In this document: positions 1 through 10,918 of the stretch, in pieces
Layout of the letters: every line of letters begins with the position of its first letter
Position numbering within the stretch: the first letter of the stretch is position 1
Source: Pseudomonadota bacterium
GTDB taxonomy: Bacteria > Pseudomonadota > Gammaproteobacteria > Burkholderiales > SG8-39
Length of the DNA: 57,649 nucleotides
Assembly: GCA_038040245.1 (NCBI GenBank)
Contig: JBBPIU010000004.1
Span: 1 to 57,649 of the forward strand
Reading direction: 5' to 3'
The notes under the pieces: model-generated
The model's input: the letters and a program-made list of their open reading frames with translations, nothing else
Told to the model about the DNA's origin: nothing
The model's database searches: none
Program-made: the position numbers and the translations under genes

Positions 1-405
1 GCCCCGGTACTCCGGCGGATCGAGCAGGAAGGTGTATTCGCGCACCAGGCGCCCGGTCGCCCATTGCAATTCGATCAGAACATCCAGGAACGGCTCATTG
101 ACCGGCTGCACGGTGCTCAGGCGGATGATCGGCCGGCCGCCGCGCTTGTCGATCGCAAACTGCAGGCCGATCAGCGCCGAGCTAAGCTCGACGCCGGCCT
201 GGCGGAAAGCCTCCAGCGAGGCGAGGCGCGCCGTCAGCGCGTCTTCCTCGCCGGACTGCAGCGAGACGATCTCGATTTCGGCATTGAGCGGTTGGCCCAG
301 GGCGGAGTTGACAGTGAGCCTGCCAAGCCCAGCCGAATAGGCCAACAGCGGCGCGCAAAGCAATGCCGCCAAGGCAATACGGATAGCGGTGACTGTTTTA
401 CCCAC
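1..405 (-). CDS. fimV: FimV-type pilus/polar landmark protein, N-terminal part (runs off the window)
   Basis: Own translation from GTG at 405 (not in the ORF track): signal peptide, then AGLGRLTVNSALGQPLNAEIEI...VNEPFLDVLIELQWATGRLVREYTFLLDPPEY, typical of the FimV N-terminus. Lies downstream of asd as usual. Confidence 0.85.
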   Translation of the reverse strand, partial: MGKTVTAIRIALAALLCAPLLAYSAGLGRLTVNSALGQPLNAEIEIVSLQSGEEDALTARLASLEAFRQAGVELSSALIGLQFAIDKRGGRPIIRLSTVQPVNEPFLDVLIELQWATGRLVREYTFLLDPPEYRG

Positions 406-542
406 TGAGCGCACCCTGAGTCGTTCTTCCGGGACTGACTACCATAACATCATGGCGTTAGCCCTGCAACCTGAGAGACCTTCTCGATTTTGATGCGGTA
501 GCACCTTGGCAAGCAAGGAAATTTTCCTCGCCGCCCGGGCAT

Positions 543-1670
543 CTAGTGCACCCCCGAATCCAGCAAAATCCGAACCATCCGCCGCAGCGGCTCCGCCGCG
601 CCCCACAGCAACTGGTCGCCCACCGTAAAGGCGGCGAGATACTCCCCCCCCATCGGCATTTTCCGCAGCCGCCCGATCGGCACCGAAAGCTTGCCGGTGA
701 CGGCGGCCGGGGTCAGTTCCGCCAGCGATTCCTCGCGCCGGTTGGGAATCACTTTTACCCAATCGTGCGCCTCCGCGAGGATGCCCTCGATCTCGTCCAG
801 CGGAACATTTTTCTTCAGCTTGATCGTCAGCGCCTGACTGTGGCAGCGCAGCGCCCCGACGCGCACGCAGATGCCGTCGATCGGGATCGGCCGCTCGCTG
901 CGGCCGAGGATCTTGTTGCCCTCGGCCTGCGCCTTCCATTCCTCGCGGCTCTGGCCATCGCCGAGGTCCTGGTCGATCCAGGGCAGCAGGCTTGCCGCCA
1001 GCGGGTAGCCGATTTCGTCCTTCGGCAGCGCACCGTTGCGCAGCGCTGCGCTGACCCGCCGGTCAATGTCGAGCGCCGTCGCTGCGGGATCGTCCAGCGC
1101 GGGCTTCGCAACATCGCCGAGGTGCGCCATCTGCTGCGCAAGCTCGCGCATGGTCGCCGCGCCTGCGCCCGATGCCGCCTGGTAGGTCATGCAGGTCATC
1201 CATTCCACGAGGTCGCGCTGCAGCAGCCCGGCCATGCCCATCAGCATCAGGCTGACGGTGCAATTGCCGCCGATGTAGTCCTTCGCGCCGCGCGCGAGGC
1301 CATCCTTGATCTGCGGCATGTTGACCGGATCGAGGATGAGCACCGCGTCGTCCTTCATGCGCAGCGCATTCGCGGCATCGATCCAGTAGCCTTTCCATCC
1401 CGCGGCGCGCAGCTTCGGATGGACTTCGTTCGTGTAGTCGCTGCCCTGGCAGACAATAATCACCGGAAGCTCGCGCAGCGCTTCAATGTCCATCGCGTTC
1501 GCGACCGGCGCCGCGTCCTTGCCGATGTCCGGGCCCTTGCCGCCCGCCTGCGACGTGGAGAAGAACACCGGCTCGAGATGGTCGAAGTCCTTCTCCTCGC
1601 GCATTCTGTGCACGAGTACCGAGCCCACCATGCCGCGCCAGCCGACGATGCCGATTCTCAACATGACCAC
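543..1670 (-). CDS. asd: Aspartate-semialdehyde dehydrogenase
   Basis: [11 protein letters not shown] nucleotide-binding motif, GGNCTVS catalytic Cys, [20 protein letters not shown]. Confidence 0.97.
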   Translation of the reverse strand: MVMLRIGIVGWRGMVGSVLVHRMREEKDFDHLEPVFFSTSQAGGKGPDIGKDAAPVANAMDIEALRELPVIIVCQGSDYTNEVHPKLRAAGWKGYWIDAANALRMKDDAVLILDPVNMPQIKDGLARGAKDYIGGNCTVSLMLMGMAGLLQRDLVEWMTCMTYQAASGAGAATMRELAQQMAHLGDVAKPALDDPAATALDIDRRVSAALRNGALPKDEIGYPLAASLLPWIDQDLGDGQSREEWKAQAEGNKILGRSERPIPIDGICVRVGALRCHSQALTIKLKKNVPLDEIEGILAEAHDWVKVIPNRREESLAELTPAAVTGKLSVPIGRLRKMPMGGEYLAAFTVGDQLLWGAAEPLRRMVRILLDSGVH

Positions 1671-1679
1671 TTCCTCAAC

Positions 1680-2747
1680 TCACAACCGTTCCGCAACCGC
1701 GCTGGCCATCTCGGCGGTGCCTACCTTCCTCGTTCCTGCAGTATATATGTCCGCGGTGCGGTAGCCGTCGCGCAACGTCTTCTTCACCGCGCGTTCGAGC
1801 CGCTGCGCCGCTGCGCCCTGGTTCAGCGAATGGCGCAGCATCAACGCCGCCGACAGAATGGTGGCGAGCGGATTCGCCACGCCCTTGCCGGCAATGTCGG
1901 GCGCCGAACCGTGGATCGGTTCGTACAACCCCTTGTTGTTCGCATCCAGCGAAGCCGAAGGCAGCATCCCGATCGAACCGGTGAGCATCGACGCCTCGTC
2001 GGAAAGAATGTCGCCGAACAGGTTGCCCGTCACGATGACGTCGAACTGCCTGGGATTGCGCACCAGTTGCATCGCGCAGTTGTCCACGTACATGTGCGAG
2101 AGCGCGATGTCAGGATAGTTCTTCGCTTCGGCTTCCACCACCTCGCGCCACAGCCGGGACGTTTCCAGCACGTTCGCCTTGTCCACCGAGCAGACACGCG
2201 GGCCGCCGCTTTTTCCCCGTGATCGCGCCGCGTCGAAAGCGACCTTCGCGATCCTGCGGATCTCGGCTTCGGTGTAGCGCATGGTGTCGAAGCCTTCGCG
2301 ACCGCCCGTCTGATGCTGCCGGATGCCTTTCGGCTCGCCGAAATAAATATCGCCGGTCAGCTCGCGCACGATCAGGATGTCCAGGCCGGCGACGACCTCG
2401 GGCCTGAGAGCAGACGCGTCCGCCAGTTCCTCGTAGACCTGCGCCGGCCGGAGATTGGCGAACAGTGCGAGCGCTTTCCTGAGGCCGAGAATCGCCTGCT
2501 CGGGGCGCTTGAAGGATTCCAGCGCGTCGTAGCGCGGATCGCCCACCGAACCGAACAGGATCGCGTCGGCCTGGCGCGCCAGCGCGAGGGTTTCCTCCGG
2601 CAGCGGATGGCCCGAAGCCTCGTAGCCAGCGCCGCCGACCGGGGCCTCCTCGAACTCGAAATTCAGCTCGAGCCGCCCGAGCACCCGGATGGTTTCGGCA
2701 ACGATTTCCTTGCCGATGCCGTCGCCCGGCAGCACCGCAATCTTCAT
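1680..2747 (-). CDS. leuB: 3-isopropylmalate dehydrogenase
   Basis: [39 protein letters not shown]; next to leuCD. Confidence 0.97.
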   Translation of the reverse strand: MKIAVLPGDGIGKEIVAETIRVLGRLELNFEFEEAPVGGAGYEASGHPLPEETLALARQADAILFGSVGDPRYDALESFKRPEQAILGLRKALALFANLRPAQVYEELADASALRPEVVAGLDILIVRELTGDIYFGEPKGIRQHQTGGREGFDTMRYTEAEIRRIAKVAFDAARSRGKSGGPRVCSVDKANVLETSRLWREVVEAEAKNYPDIALSHMYVDNCAMQLVRNPRQFDVIVTGNLFGDILSDEASMLTGSIGMLPSASLDANNKGLYEPIHGSAPDIAGKGVANPLATILSAALMLRHSLNQGAAAQRLERAVKKTLRDGYRTADIYTAGTRKVGTAEMASAVAERL

Positions 2748-2752
2748 GGCGC

Positions 2753-3391
2753 TTACCGGAACAGCCAGGGGAACTGCTCGCGCCGGCGCGCCTCAAACAC
2801 GCGGATTTTGTCGGCGTGGCGCAGCGTGAGGCCGATCTCGTCCAAACCGTTGAGCAGCGAATGGCGGCGCGAGGGGTCTACTTCGAACCGGTACGATTTC
2901 GAGCCGTCGGTGCTCGAGACCGTCTGCCGCTCGAGATCGACAACGAGGCGCAAGCCGGGCAGCGCGCAGTCGTAGAACAGGCTGTCCACTTCGGCTTCGG
3001 AGAGCACCACCGGCAGGAAACCGTTCTTGAAGCTGTTGTTGAAAAAGATGTCGCCGTAGGACGGCGCGATGACGCATTTGAAGCCGTACTGCTGCAGCGC
3101 CCACGGCGCGTGCTCGCGCGAGCTGCCGCAGCCGAAGTTCTTGCGCGCAAGCAGGATCTCGGCGCCCTTGTAGCGCGGCTGGTTCAGCACGAAATCCGGA
3201 TTGAGCGGCCGCTTCGCGTTGTCCATACCCGGCTGGCCGATGTCGAGATAGCGCCAGGCGTCGAACAGGTTCGCTCCGTAGCCGCTGCGCTTGATGGATT
3301 TCAGGAACTGCTTCGGGATGACGGCGTCGGTATCCACGTTGGCGCGGTCCAGCGGCGCCACAAGGCCATCCAGCACGGAGAATTTTTCCAT
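2753..3391 (-). CDS. leuD: 3-isopropylmalate dehydratase small subunit
   Basis: C-terminal part of the 722-aa track ORF; real start MEKFSVLDG at 3391; [18 protein letters not shown]. Confidence 0.96.
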   Translation of the reverse strand: MEKFSVLDGLVAPLDRANVDTDAVIPKQFLKSIKRSGYGANLFDAWRYLDIGQPGMDNAKRPLNPDFVLNQPRYKGAEILLARKNFGCGSSREHAPWALQQYGFKCVIAPSYGDIFFNNSFKNGFLPVVLSEAEVDSLFYDCALPGLRLVVDLERQTVSSTDGSKSYRFEVDPSRRHSLLNGLDEIGLTLRHADKIRVFEARRREQFPWLFR

Positions 3392-3393
3392 CG

Positions 3394-4809
3394 TCAGCGC
3401 CATCCGCGCACGTCGACGAAATGGCCGGCGATCGCCGCCGCGGCTGCCATCGCCGGGCTCACCAGGTGGGTGCGTCCGCCGGCACCCTGCCGGCCTTCGA
3501 AGTTGCGGTTCGAGGTGGACGCGCAGCGCTCGCCCGGCTCCAGCCGGTCGGCATTCATCGCCAGGCACATCGAACAGCCCGGTTCTCTCCACTCGAAGCC
3601 GGATTCGCGGAACACGCGGTCGAGGCCTTCCTTTTCGGCCTGAGCCTTCACCAGGCCCGAGCCCGGCACCACCATCGCGAGCTTGATGTTCGAGGCCACT
3701 TTCTTTCCCTTCGCCACCGCGGCCGCGGCGCGCAGGTCCTCGATGCGCGAGTTGGTGCAGGAACCAATGAATATCTTGTCCAGCTTGATTTCCTGGATCG
3801 GTGTGCGCGGCGTGAGCCCCATGTACACCAGCGCGCGTTCCATGCCCTCGCGTTTGATGGGATCCTTCTCCTTGTCGGGATCGGGCACGCTGCCTTCGAC
3901 CGCCGTCACCATCTCGGGGGACGTGCCCCAGGTAACCTGTGGCGCTATCTCGCGCGCCTCGAACCGCACTTCGCGGTCGAACTTCGCATCCGGATCGCTC
4001 GACAACATTCTCCACGTCGCCACCGCCTGGTCCCATTCCGGGCCGGTCGGCGAGAACGTTCGGCCCTTCAGGTACTGGATGGTGGTGTCGTCCACTGCCA
4101 CCATGCCGGCGCGCGCGCCCGCCTCGATCGCCATGTTGCAGACCGTCATGCGGCCTTCGATCGAGAGCGCGCGGATCGCGCTGCCGGCGAATTCCACCGC
4201 GCTGCCGCTGCCGCCGGCGGTGCCGATGCGGCCGATGATCGCGAGCGCAATGTCTTTCGCGGTGACGCCACGCTCGAGCTCGCCCTCCACCGTCACGCGC
4301 ATGTTCTTCATTTTCTTCGTCACCAGGCATTGCGTGGCGAGCACATGCTCGACTTCCGAAGTGCCGATGCCGTGCGCGAGACAGCCAAAGGCGCCGTGCG
4401 TGCTGGTATGCGAATCGCCGCACACCACCGTCATGCCGGGAAGCGTCGCGCCCTGCTCGGGCCCGATGACATGCACGATGCCCTGGCGCTGGTCGAGAAA
4501 CGGAAAATAGGCTTTGGCGCCGTACTCCTTGATGTTCGCGGTCAGCGTCTCCACTTGCAGCCGCGAAATCGGATCTTCGATACCGTCGATGCCGCGCTCC
4601 CAGCCGGTGGTCGGCGTGTTGTGATCGGCGGTCGCGACCACCGAGCCGATGCGCCAGGGCTTGCGGCCGGCGAGCTTCAGGCCTTCGAAGGCCTGCGGGC
4701 TGGTGACCTCGTGAACCAGGTGGCGGTCGATGTAAAGCAGTGCGGTGCCGTCGGCCTCCGCATGCACCACGTGGCTGTCCCAGAGTTTGTCGTAAAGCGT
4801 GCGTCCCAT
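3394..4809 (-). CDS. leuC: 3-isopropylmalate dehydratase large subunit
   Basis: [55 protein letters not shown]. Confidence 0.98.
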   Translation of the reverse strand: MGRTLYDKLWDSHVVHAEADGTALLYIDRHLVHEVTSPQAFEGLKLAGRKPWRIGSVVATADHNTPTTGWERGIDGIEDPISRLQVETLTANIKEYGAKAYFPFLDQRQGIVHVIGPEQGATLPGMTVVCGDSHTSTHGAFGCLAHGIGTSEVEHVLATQCLVTKKMKNMRVTVEGELERGVTAKDIALAIIGRIGTAGGSGSAVEFAGSAIRALSIEGRMTVCNMAIEAGARAGMVAVDDTTIQYLKGRTFSPTGPEWDQAVATWRMLSSDPDAKFDREVRFEAREIAPQVTWGTSPEMVTAVEGSVPDPDKEKDPIKREGMERALVYMGLTPRTPIQEIKLDKIFIGSCTNSRIEDLRAAAAVAKGKKVASNIKLAMVVPGSGLVKAQAEKEGLDRVFRESGFEWREPGCSMCLAMNADRLEPGERCASTSNRNFEGRQGAGGRTHLVSPAMAAAAAIAGHFVDVRGWR

Positions 4810-4865
4810 TTTCTTTTGCGTCGCGTAAAAATGGCATTATCCCACAACAAATCAGCGTTTTAAGC

Positions 4866-6008
4866 CTACACCCGGACCTTCCACGCAATGAGCAGCGCGC
4901 CCAGTGCGCCGAATAACGCACTGACCGCGAAACTGGGTGACGGTCCGAGCGCTTCCCAGGTCCACCCAGCGATCAGGGTACCCACGGCACCACCGAACCC
5001 GTAAGTAAGGCTGGAGTAAAGCGCCTGCCCGCGCGCGGCGATGCGGCCCGGGAACAGGCGATGCACCGCGGCGATCGAGGCGGCGTGGAAGGCGCCGAAG
5101 GTGGCGGCATGCAGCAGCTGCGCCACGACGAGCACCGCGAGCAGGTCCACCGCCCAGCCAATGGCGGCAAATCGCAGCGCCGCGCAGGCAAAGCTTGCGA
5201 TCAGCAAAGTGCGCAGCGAAAAGCGCCGCATCAGCTGCGGCAGGCGCAGGAACACCACCACTTCGGCGACCACCCCCAGGGTCCACAGCACGCCGATCAT
5301 CGCCTTCGAATAGCCGGCAGATTCCAGGTAGATCGAATAGAAGGCGTACATCGCCCCGTGCGCCACGGACATGCACATGCACGCGCCGAAAAAGGCCAGC
5401 ACGTCGCTGCGGCCCAACACCGCGCCCATGCGCTCGCTGATGGCGGCCGCGGGCGGCCGCGCGCGCGCCGGAATGCCGAATGCGGCAACGCAGACCACGG
5501 CCGCGAGACCGACGACGATGTCGAGCACGGTCTCAACGCCGTGGTGATCGAGCCAGGCGCCGGTGCCGAGTACCGCCAGGATGAAGCCGATCGACCCCCA
5601 CAGGCGGATCGGCCCGTAGCGCCCAGCCTGCCCTTCCGTCGCCGAGAGCGTGGCGGCCTCGACCAACGGCATCGCACCTGCCGCGAGCACGCTCAGAGCG
5701 AGCATCACCAGCGCTACCCCGGCGACGTCGCGGACCGTGTACAGGGCGGCGAATCCCACGAACACCGCGAACGCGCCGAAAATGACGATCTCGCGCTGCC
5801 GACCGCCGTGATCGGCCAGCCAACCCCACAACGCAGGCGCGAATACGCGCGCGATCTGCGGCATCGCCAGCACCAGCGCGATCTGCGCCGCGCCGAAACC
5901 CTGCGCCGCAAGCCAGAGCGAGAAATAGGGCACCAGCGCGCCCGCGTAGGCGAAGTACGCGAAGTAGTAGGCGGCCAAGCGAGCCGGCAGATTCGGGATA
6001 ACAACCAT
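4866..6008 (-). CDS. MFS permease (HcaT/MFS_1-like)
   Basis: About 12 hydrophobic segments; [28 protein letters not shown] motifs. Confidence 0.85.
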   Translation of the reverse strand: MVVIPNLPARLAAYYFAYFAYAGALVPYFSLWLAAQGFGAAQIALVLAMPQIARVFAPALWGWLADHGGRQREIVIFGAFAVFVGFAALYTVRDVAGVALVMLALSVLAAGAMPLVEAATLSATEGQAGRYGPIRLWGSIGFILAVLGTGAWLDHHGVETVLDIVVGLAAVVCVAAFGIPARARPPAAAISERMGAVLGRSDVLAFFGACMCMSVAHGAMYAFYSIYLESAGYSKAMIGVLWTLGVVAEVVVFLRLPQLMRRFSLRTLLIASFACAALRFAAIGWAVDLLAVLVVAQLLHAATFGAFHAASIAAVHRLFPGRIAARGQALYSSLTYGFGGAVGTLIAGWTWEALGPSPSFAVSALFGALGALLIAWKVRV

Positions 6009-6034
6009 GCGAACCGCATGATATAAGCGCCGCC

Positions 6035-9000
6035 ATGGCGCCGCGCTATGCGTTTTATCTTTTGTTCATCGCCTCGGGATTTGCCGGGCTGATCTACGAA
6101 TCGGTGTGGACGCATTACCTCAAGCTGTATCTCGGGCACGCGGCCTACGCGCAGGCGCTGGTGCTGATCGTGTTCATGGGCGGCATGGCGCTGGGCGCGG
6201 TGTTCTGCGCGCGCATTTCCACGCGCATCCGTAATCCGCTCGCCGCCTACGCCGCGATCGAGGCGGCCATCGGCATTTGCGCGCTGGTGTTCCATGAGGT
6301 ATTCGTCGCCGCGACCGACTGGTCGTATGCGGCCCTGCTGCCCGCGCTGGGCGCGTATTGGCCCGCACACGGTGCGGGGTGGCAGGCGCTGGCCGCGAAG
6401 CTGGCGCTCGCCTGCGCGCTGATCCTGCCGCAATCCATTTTGCTGGGCGCAACCTTCCCGCTGATGAGCGCGGGACTGGTGCGCGCAACCATGAGCGAAT
6501 CCCGCCGCGCCCCCGGCGAAGCAATCGCCATGCTCTATTTCGCCAACAGCCTCGGCGCGGCTGCCGGCATGCTCGCGAGCGGATTCATCCTCATCGCCTG
6601 GGTCGGTTTGCCGGGAACGCTGCGCAGCGCCGGCGTGATCAACCTGGTGCTGGCCGCCGCCGTCGCGCTGCTCGCACGCCCGGCACGTGGGGTGCGTTGG
6701 GCGAGTGCCGCCCCGCTCGAACCACAGCCGGACGTCGGCGAAGCGCGTCCGGCGAATCTGCTGCTCACGGTTGCGCTGCTCACCGGACTCGCGTCGTTCA
6801 TCTACGAGATCTGCTGGATCCGCATGCTGTCGCTGGTGCTGGGCGCCTCGACCCACTCTTTCGAACTGATGCTCTCCACCTTCATCCTTGGCCTCGCGCT
6901 CGGCGGCCTGGCGGTGCGCCGCCTGGTGGACAGCGCGGCCAGCCCCGAGCGGCTGCTCGGCTGGGTGCAGGTGGCGATGGGCCTGCTCGCCCTCGCCACG
7001 CTGCCGGTCTACGACCGCAGCTTCGAACTGATGGAGTACTTCATGAAGGGCCTGGCGCGCACCGACGCCGGGTATCTCTTCTTCAACCTGGCCGGACAAG
7101 GCGTCTCGGCCATCGTCATGCTGCCGGCCACGTTCTGCGCCGGGATGACGCTGCCGCTGATCACCGGCGCGCTGCTGCGGCGCGGCGCGGGCGAACGCGT
7201 CATCGGCCAGGTGTATGCCGCCAACACGCTGGGCGCGATCGGCGGCGTGCTGTTCGCGGTGCACCTCGGCCTGCCGCTGCTGGGGCTCAAGGGGACGCTG
7301 ATGCTGGGCGCGCTGATCGACGCCGCCCTCGGCCTCGCGCTGCTCTACCGCTTCGCGCCAGGCAGGACGGCGCACGCGCCGTGGCGCCCGGCGTTCGCCG
7401 CCGCGGCCGCCGCATGCGTCCTCGCGTTCGCGCCGGTCGTGCTCCTGTTCGAGCTGAACGCCAACAAGATGACCGCCGGTGTTTTCCGGCACGGCGACCT
7501 CTCCAGCTCGCTCGACGCCGAGATCCTTTTCAAGAAGGACGGCAAAACCGCGACCGTGCACCTGGCGCGGTATGCGGAGGCCACCAGCATCCGCACCAAC
7601 GGCAAATCCGACGGCTCCATCAACCTGAATCCGGAGGGCACGCGCGGCGCCGACGAAATCACGATGGTGCTCACCGGAGCGCTGCCGCTCGCCATCAAAC
7701 CCGAGGCGAAGACTGCGGCGGTGATCGGCATCGGCACCGGGCTGACGATGCACACGCTGCTGCAAGACCTGTCGCTCGAGGTCGTGGAAACCGTCGAAAT
7801 CGAGGCCGCCATGGCCGAGGCGGCGCGCGGCTTCGCGCCGCGCAACAACGCGGCCTTCCTCGATCCGAGGGGCAAAATCTGGATCGACGACGCCAAGACC
7901 TTCTTTGCCACGCGCAACCGGCGCTACGACATCCTGATATCCGAGCCCTCGAACCCGTGGGTAAGCGGCGTCTCGAGCCTGTTCACGCGCGAGTTCTACC
8001 AGCGCATCCGCGGCCACCTGAACCCGGGCGGCATCCTGGTGCAGTGGTTCCAGCTCTATGAAATCGATGCCTCGCTGCTGGCTTCCGTGATGCGCGCGCT
8101 GGTCGAAGCGTTTCCGCACTACGTGGTGTTCGCGGCCAGCGACCACGACGTGCTGATCGTCGCCTCGACGAGCCCGATCCCGCTGCCGGCCAGGGCGGCG
8201 GTGTTCGATCATCCATTGCTCGCCAAGGAACTCTGGAACGTGCACGTTCTCGGCCCGGGCGACCTGGACGCGCGCTACCTCGGCGACCGCGCCACCCTCG
8301 ATCCGCTGTTCGCCAGCTACGGCATGCCGGCGAATTCCGACTACTACCCGGTGCTGGACTTGAATGCGGCGAAGCACCGCTTCACGGAAAAAAGCGCCGC
8401 CGACGTGGTGGCTCTGCTGAACGCCGGCGTGCCGGTGCTGGACATGCTCCAGCCCGCCCTGCAGCGCCGCGCGGTGAATCCGCTGCACAAAGGGGCCGCC
8501 ACCTTCGAGCGCGTGGAGAACACGCGGCTGGCGCGCTACGCGCGCGATTTCCTGCTCAAGCCGAAGCCGCCCGAACCCGAAGGCACCGCCGCGCTGCTGC
8601 AGAAAGACCTCGAACTCTCAAAGCTGCGCCTGATCGAGTGCCGCGAACCGAAGGAACAGGACGTCTGGCTACACAGCCTGATCAACGTCGCGCGCACCGT
8701 GAATCCCTACCTCCCGCCCGTCGAGGCGCAAGCGGTGTGGGCGCATATCGCCGCGGCGCCCTGCTTCGCCACGCTGCGAGATTTCCAGCGCCGCTGGATC
8801 ATGCTGTTTGCCGCGGTCGGCTTGCGCGACGCCGCGCGCAGCGCCGAGCTCGCCTCCGAGCTGCTCGCCAGCCAGACGGAACTGAGCCGCGACGCGCGCG
8901 AATACCTGCTGATGGCGGGCATGACAGGCCACATCGCCGCGGGCAATCCGCGCCGCGCCAAAGATCTCTGGAAGAAATACGAGGATCAGATCCGCAGCGC

Positions 9001-9091
9001 GGCCAAGCCGGTGTTTCGCCTGTTGCGCTGCCACGCCGAGCGCGGCGACGATGCGGCCTGCGCCGCCGCGTTCGCGGCCTACGCCGGCTAA
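6035..9091 (+). CDS. Fused multi-TM membrane domain / spermidine synthase-like SAM-binding domain protein
   Basis: Two repeated membrane halves (SGFAGLIYE / TGLASFIYE; YFANSLGA / YAANTLGA), then VIGIGTG...VEIE...DDAK...YDILISEPSNPW. Confidence 0.85.
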   Translation: MAPRYAFYLLFIASGFAGLIYESVWTHYLKLYLGHAAYAQALVLIVFMGGMALGAVFCARISTRIRNPLAAYAAIEAAIGICALVFHEVFVAATDWSYAALLPALGAYWPAHGAGWQALAAKLALACALILPQSILLGATFPLMSAGLVRATMSESRRAPGEAIAMLYFANSLGAAAGMLASGFILIAWVGLPGTLRSAGVINLVLAAAVALLARPARGVRWASAAPLEPQPDVGEARPANLLLTVALLTGLASFIYEICWIRMLSLVLGASTHSFELMLSTFILGLALGGLAVRRLVDSAASPERLLGWVQVAMGLLALATLPVYDRSFELMEYFMKGLARTDAGYLFFNLAGQGVSAIVMLPATFCAGMTLPLITGALLRRGAGERVIGQVYAANTLGAIGGVLFAVHLGLPLLGLKGTLMLGALIDAALGLALLYRFAPGRTAHAPWRPAFAAAAAACVLAFAPVVLLFELNANKMTAGVFRHGDLSSSLDAEILFKKDGKTATVHLARYAEATSIRTNGKSDGSINLNPEGTRGADEITMVLTGALPLAIKPEAKTAAVIGIGTGLTMHTLLQDLSLEVVETVEIEAAMAEAARGFAPRNNAAFLDPRGKIWIDDAKTFFATRNRRYDILISEPSNPWVSGVSSLFTREFYQRIRGHLNPGGILVQWFQLYEIDASLLASVMRALVEAFPHYVVFAASDHDVLIVASTSPIPLPARAAVFDHPLLAKELWNVHVLGPGDLDARYLGDRATLDPLFASYGMPANSDYYPVLDLNAAKHRFTEKSAADVVALLNAGVPVLDMLQPALQRRAVNPLHKGAATFERVENTRLARYARDFLLKPKPPEPEGTAALLQKDLELSKLRLIECREPKEQDVWLHSLINVARTVNPYLPPVEAQAVWAHIAAAPCFATLRDFQRRWIMLFAAVGLRDAARSAELASELLASQTELSRDAREYLLMAGMTGHIAAGNPRRAKDLWKKYEDQIRSAAKPVFRLLRCHAERGDDAACAAAFAAYAG

Positions 9092-9116
9092 AGGGCCGTG
9101 AAAAATTCGAAGGGTG

Positions 9117-9497
9117 CTATTTCCGCCTAAGCACTCTGGCGCCGAATTCCGCCAGCGTTCGATCGATGGTGAGCAAGCGGCAATCGTTTTCCCGCGCCTG
9201 GGCGTAGAGCAGGCGATCGAAAGGGTCGCCATGCCTATGGCGCAGCTCACTCGACAGTAAGATGGCCTCGAGCGTGATCGGCAGCGGACGAAACCGGTCG
9301 CGCAGCGCTTGTTCGACGATGCGTCGCGGTTGCAGAGCGATTTTGCCTTTGCGCCACTTGAGCCCAAGTTCCCAGATCGACGCTTCGGAAAACCATACGC
9401 TGCTGGCGGCCGCGATCGCGCGCCGCGCCTTCTGGCCGAGTTCGGGTGCATCGGTAAGCGCCCAGATCAGGCAATGCGTATCAAGCAGCAGATTCAC
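9117..9497 (-). CDS. vapC: VapC-family PIN-domain toxin
   Basis: LLLDTHCLIW, SIWE, HGDPFDRLLYAQA, LLTID acidic PIN residues; 4-bp overlap with the antitoxin gene. Confidence 0.92.
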   Translation of the reverse strand: MNLLLDTHCLIWALTDAPELGQKARRAIAAASSVWFSEASIWELGLKWRKGKIALQPRRIVEQALRDRFRPLPITLEAILLSSELRHRHGDPFDRLLYAQARENDCRLLTIDRTLAEFGARVLRRK

Positions 9498-9733
9498 GAC
9501 GCGAGCAAATCATCGTCGCGCATGGGCGCGTGAAAGTCCCGTGCGATGCGCAGCCGCGTCTTGCCAAGGCCTCCCAACCTTACGCCGCTCTTGGTGGCGC
9601 TTGCACGCGTCGCCACCGGCGTCAAGCACGCCAAGGGCTTTCCGGCTCGCGCAATGACGATCGTCTCTCCGGCGAGCGCGCGGTCGAGAAGCGCGGAGAG
9701 TTTGGCCTTGGCTTGATAGATGTTTATTTGCAT
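9494..9733 (-). CDS. Phd/YefM-family antitoxin
   Basis: MQINIYQAKAKLSALLDRALAGETIVIARAGKPLA; ATG at 9733 (alternative TTG at 9742). Confidence 0.88.
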   Translation of the reverse strand: MQINIYQAKAKLSALLDRALAGETIVIARAGKPLACLTPVATRASATKSGVRLGGLGKTRLRIARDFHAPMRDDDLLAS

Positions 9734-9762
9734 GGTCTGCAAGCTCTCTTTTCTTGGTTGAC

Positions 9763-9780
9763 CAGATATTACGATATCTG
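9763..9780. promoter_or_regulatory. Palindromic operator candidate for the TA operon
   Basis: CAGATAT-tacg-ATATCTG perfect inverted repeat 30 bp upstream of the antitoxin ATG; autorepression is typical of type II TA. Confidence 0.55.
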
Positions 9781-9786
9781 ACTAAC

Positions 9787-10386
9787 TCAGGCAATTGGGG
9801 CCCGCGCGGCGAAGCGGATCGAGGCCAGCACTTCGCGCACGAACATCGCATCGTCCCGGCCGCGCTTCGCCGCGCTGGAGATCCGCCCGCCGAGCAACAA
9901 CTGCGCCAAGCCATGGACCAGCGCCCACGCTGCGATTGAAGAGTCCCTCGCGCCCTGCGCCTCGGGCACTCTCGCGGACAACGCCCCCGAAAGACCTTCG
10001 AAGGTCTTCGTCGCCACTTCCCGCAACTGCGGATGCTTCGCGATCGAGATCTGGCCGCCGAACATCAGGCGAAAACGCTGCGGGTGGGCGAGTGCGAAGT
10101 GCACATAGGCCTCACCCATGGCGCGCAGGCCGCCCGCCTCGGCCGCCTTGCGCTGCGCCGCGCCCAGCCATTCGAAGCCCTCCGCGGCGAGCGCCGCGAG
10201 CAACGCCTCGCGCTCCGAAAAATGGCGGTACGGCGCGTTGTGGGAGACCCCGGCCCGGCGCGCCGCTTCGCGCAAGCTCAGCGCCTCAACCCCTTCTTTT
10301 TCCAGCATATTTCCTGCCGCCCGGACCAGCGCCGCCTCCAAGTCCCCATGGTGGTAGCTGCGCTTCCTGCGGCTTGATGTTGACAT
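9787..10386 (-). CDS. TetR/AcrR-family regulator
   Basis: YHHGDL, LSLREAARRAGVSHNAPYRHF HTH, C-terminal WALVHG. Confidence 0.93.
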   Translation of the reverse strand: MSTSSRRKRSYHHGDLEAALVRAAGNMLEKEGVEALSLREAARRAGVSHNAPYRHFSEREALLAALAAEGFEWLGAAQRKAAEAGGLRAMGEAYVHFALAHPQRFRLMFGGQISIAKHPQLREVATKTFEGLSGALSARVPEAQGARDSSIAAWALVHGLAQLLLGGRISSAAKRGRDDAMFVREVLASIRFAARAPIA

Positions 10387-10428
10387 CGTCCACTTATACT
10401 ACTAGAGTTATGTTTACGTTGTCAACAT
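10377..10428. promoter_or_regulatory. Two TetR-type operator palindromes with overlapping opposed sigma70-like promoters
   Basis: ATGTTGAC-atc-GTCCACTT (10377-10395) and ATGTTTAC-gtt-GTCAACAT (10410-10428); + strand TTGACA-17-TAGAGT; - strand TTGACA-18-TAGTAT. Confidence 0.6.
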
Positions 10429-10452
10429 TGGATCAAATGATGTTCCGACCCC

Positions 10453-10872
10453 ATGGATAAGACAAGCATTCTGTTTCCGATGGTCGCGCTCGCGGCGCTG
10501 ACCTTCGCCGTGCTGCTGCTGATCCCGTTGCGGCGCTTCCGCGCCGGCTTCGCCGGCCAGGTAGTCGTCGACGACTTCAAGTACGGCGAGTCAGAGCGCG
10601 TACCGCCGGAGGTCAGCATCCCCAACCGCAACATGATGAACCTGCTCGAGCTGCCGGTGCTGTTCTACGTCGCGTGCCTGACCTACTTCGTCACCGAGCG
10701 CATCGACGACGCAGCGCTCACGCTGGCCTGGGCCTACGTCGGTCTGCGCGTCGCGCACAGCGCGATCCACCTCACCTACAACCGCGTGCGCCACCGGCTG
10801 GTCGCGTTCGCGGTGAGCAACGTCGTGCTGATCATGTTCTGGACGCACCTGTTCCGCGCGCTCGCGGCATGA
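10453..10872 (+). CDS. MAPEG-family membrane protein
   Basis: Four TM segments; NMMNLLELPVLFY, LAWAYVGLRVAHS, R-x-R-x3-F. Confidence 0.82.
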   Translation: MDKTSILFPMVALAALTFAVLLLIPLRRFRAGFAGQVVVDDFKYGESERVPPEVSIPNRNMMNLLELPVLFYVACLTYFVTERIDDAALTLAWAYVGLRVAHSAIHLTYNRVRHRLVAFAVSNVVLIMFWTHLFRALAA

Positions 10873-10918
10873 GCCGCGCCGGCGGATTACCGATCCGGTT
10901 GGCGGCGCTGCCCGCGCG

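Noticed and set aside
546-2222. 558-aa plus-strand ORF
   Set aside because: Antisense shadow of asd/leuB, expected in high-GC DNA; no motifs.
2753-4921. 722-aa ORF suggesting a giant LeuD or a leuC-leuD frameshift fusion
   Set aside because: The upstream ~510 codons are an Arg/Gly-rich off-frame shadow of leuC. LeuD has its own ATG at 3391, 2 bp after the leuC stop.
5714-8488. 924-aa minus-strand ORF
   Set aside because: Antisense to the membrane/SAM-domain gene; no recognisable motifs.
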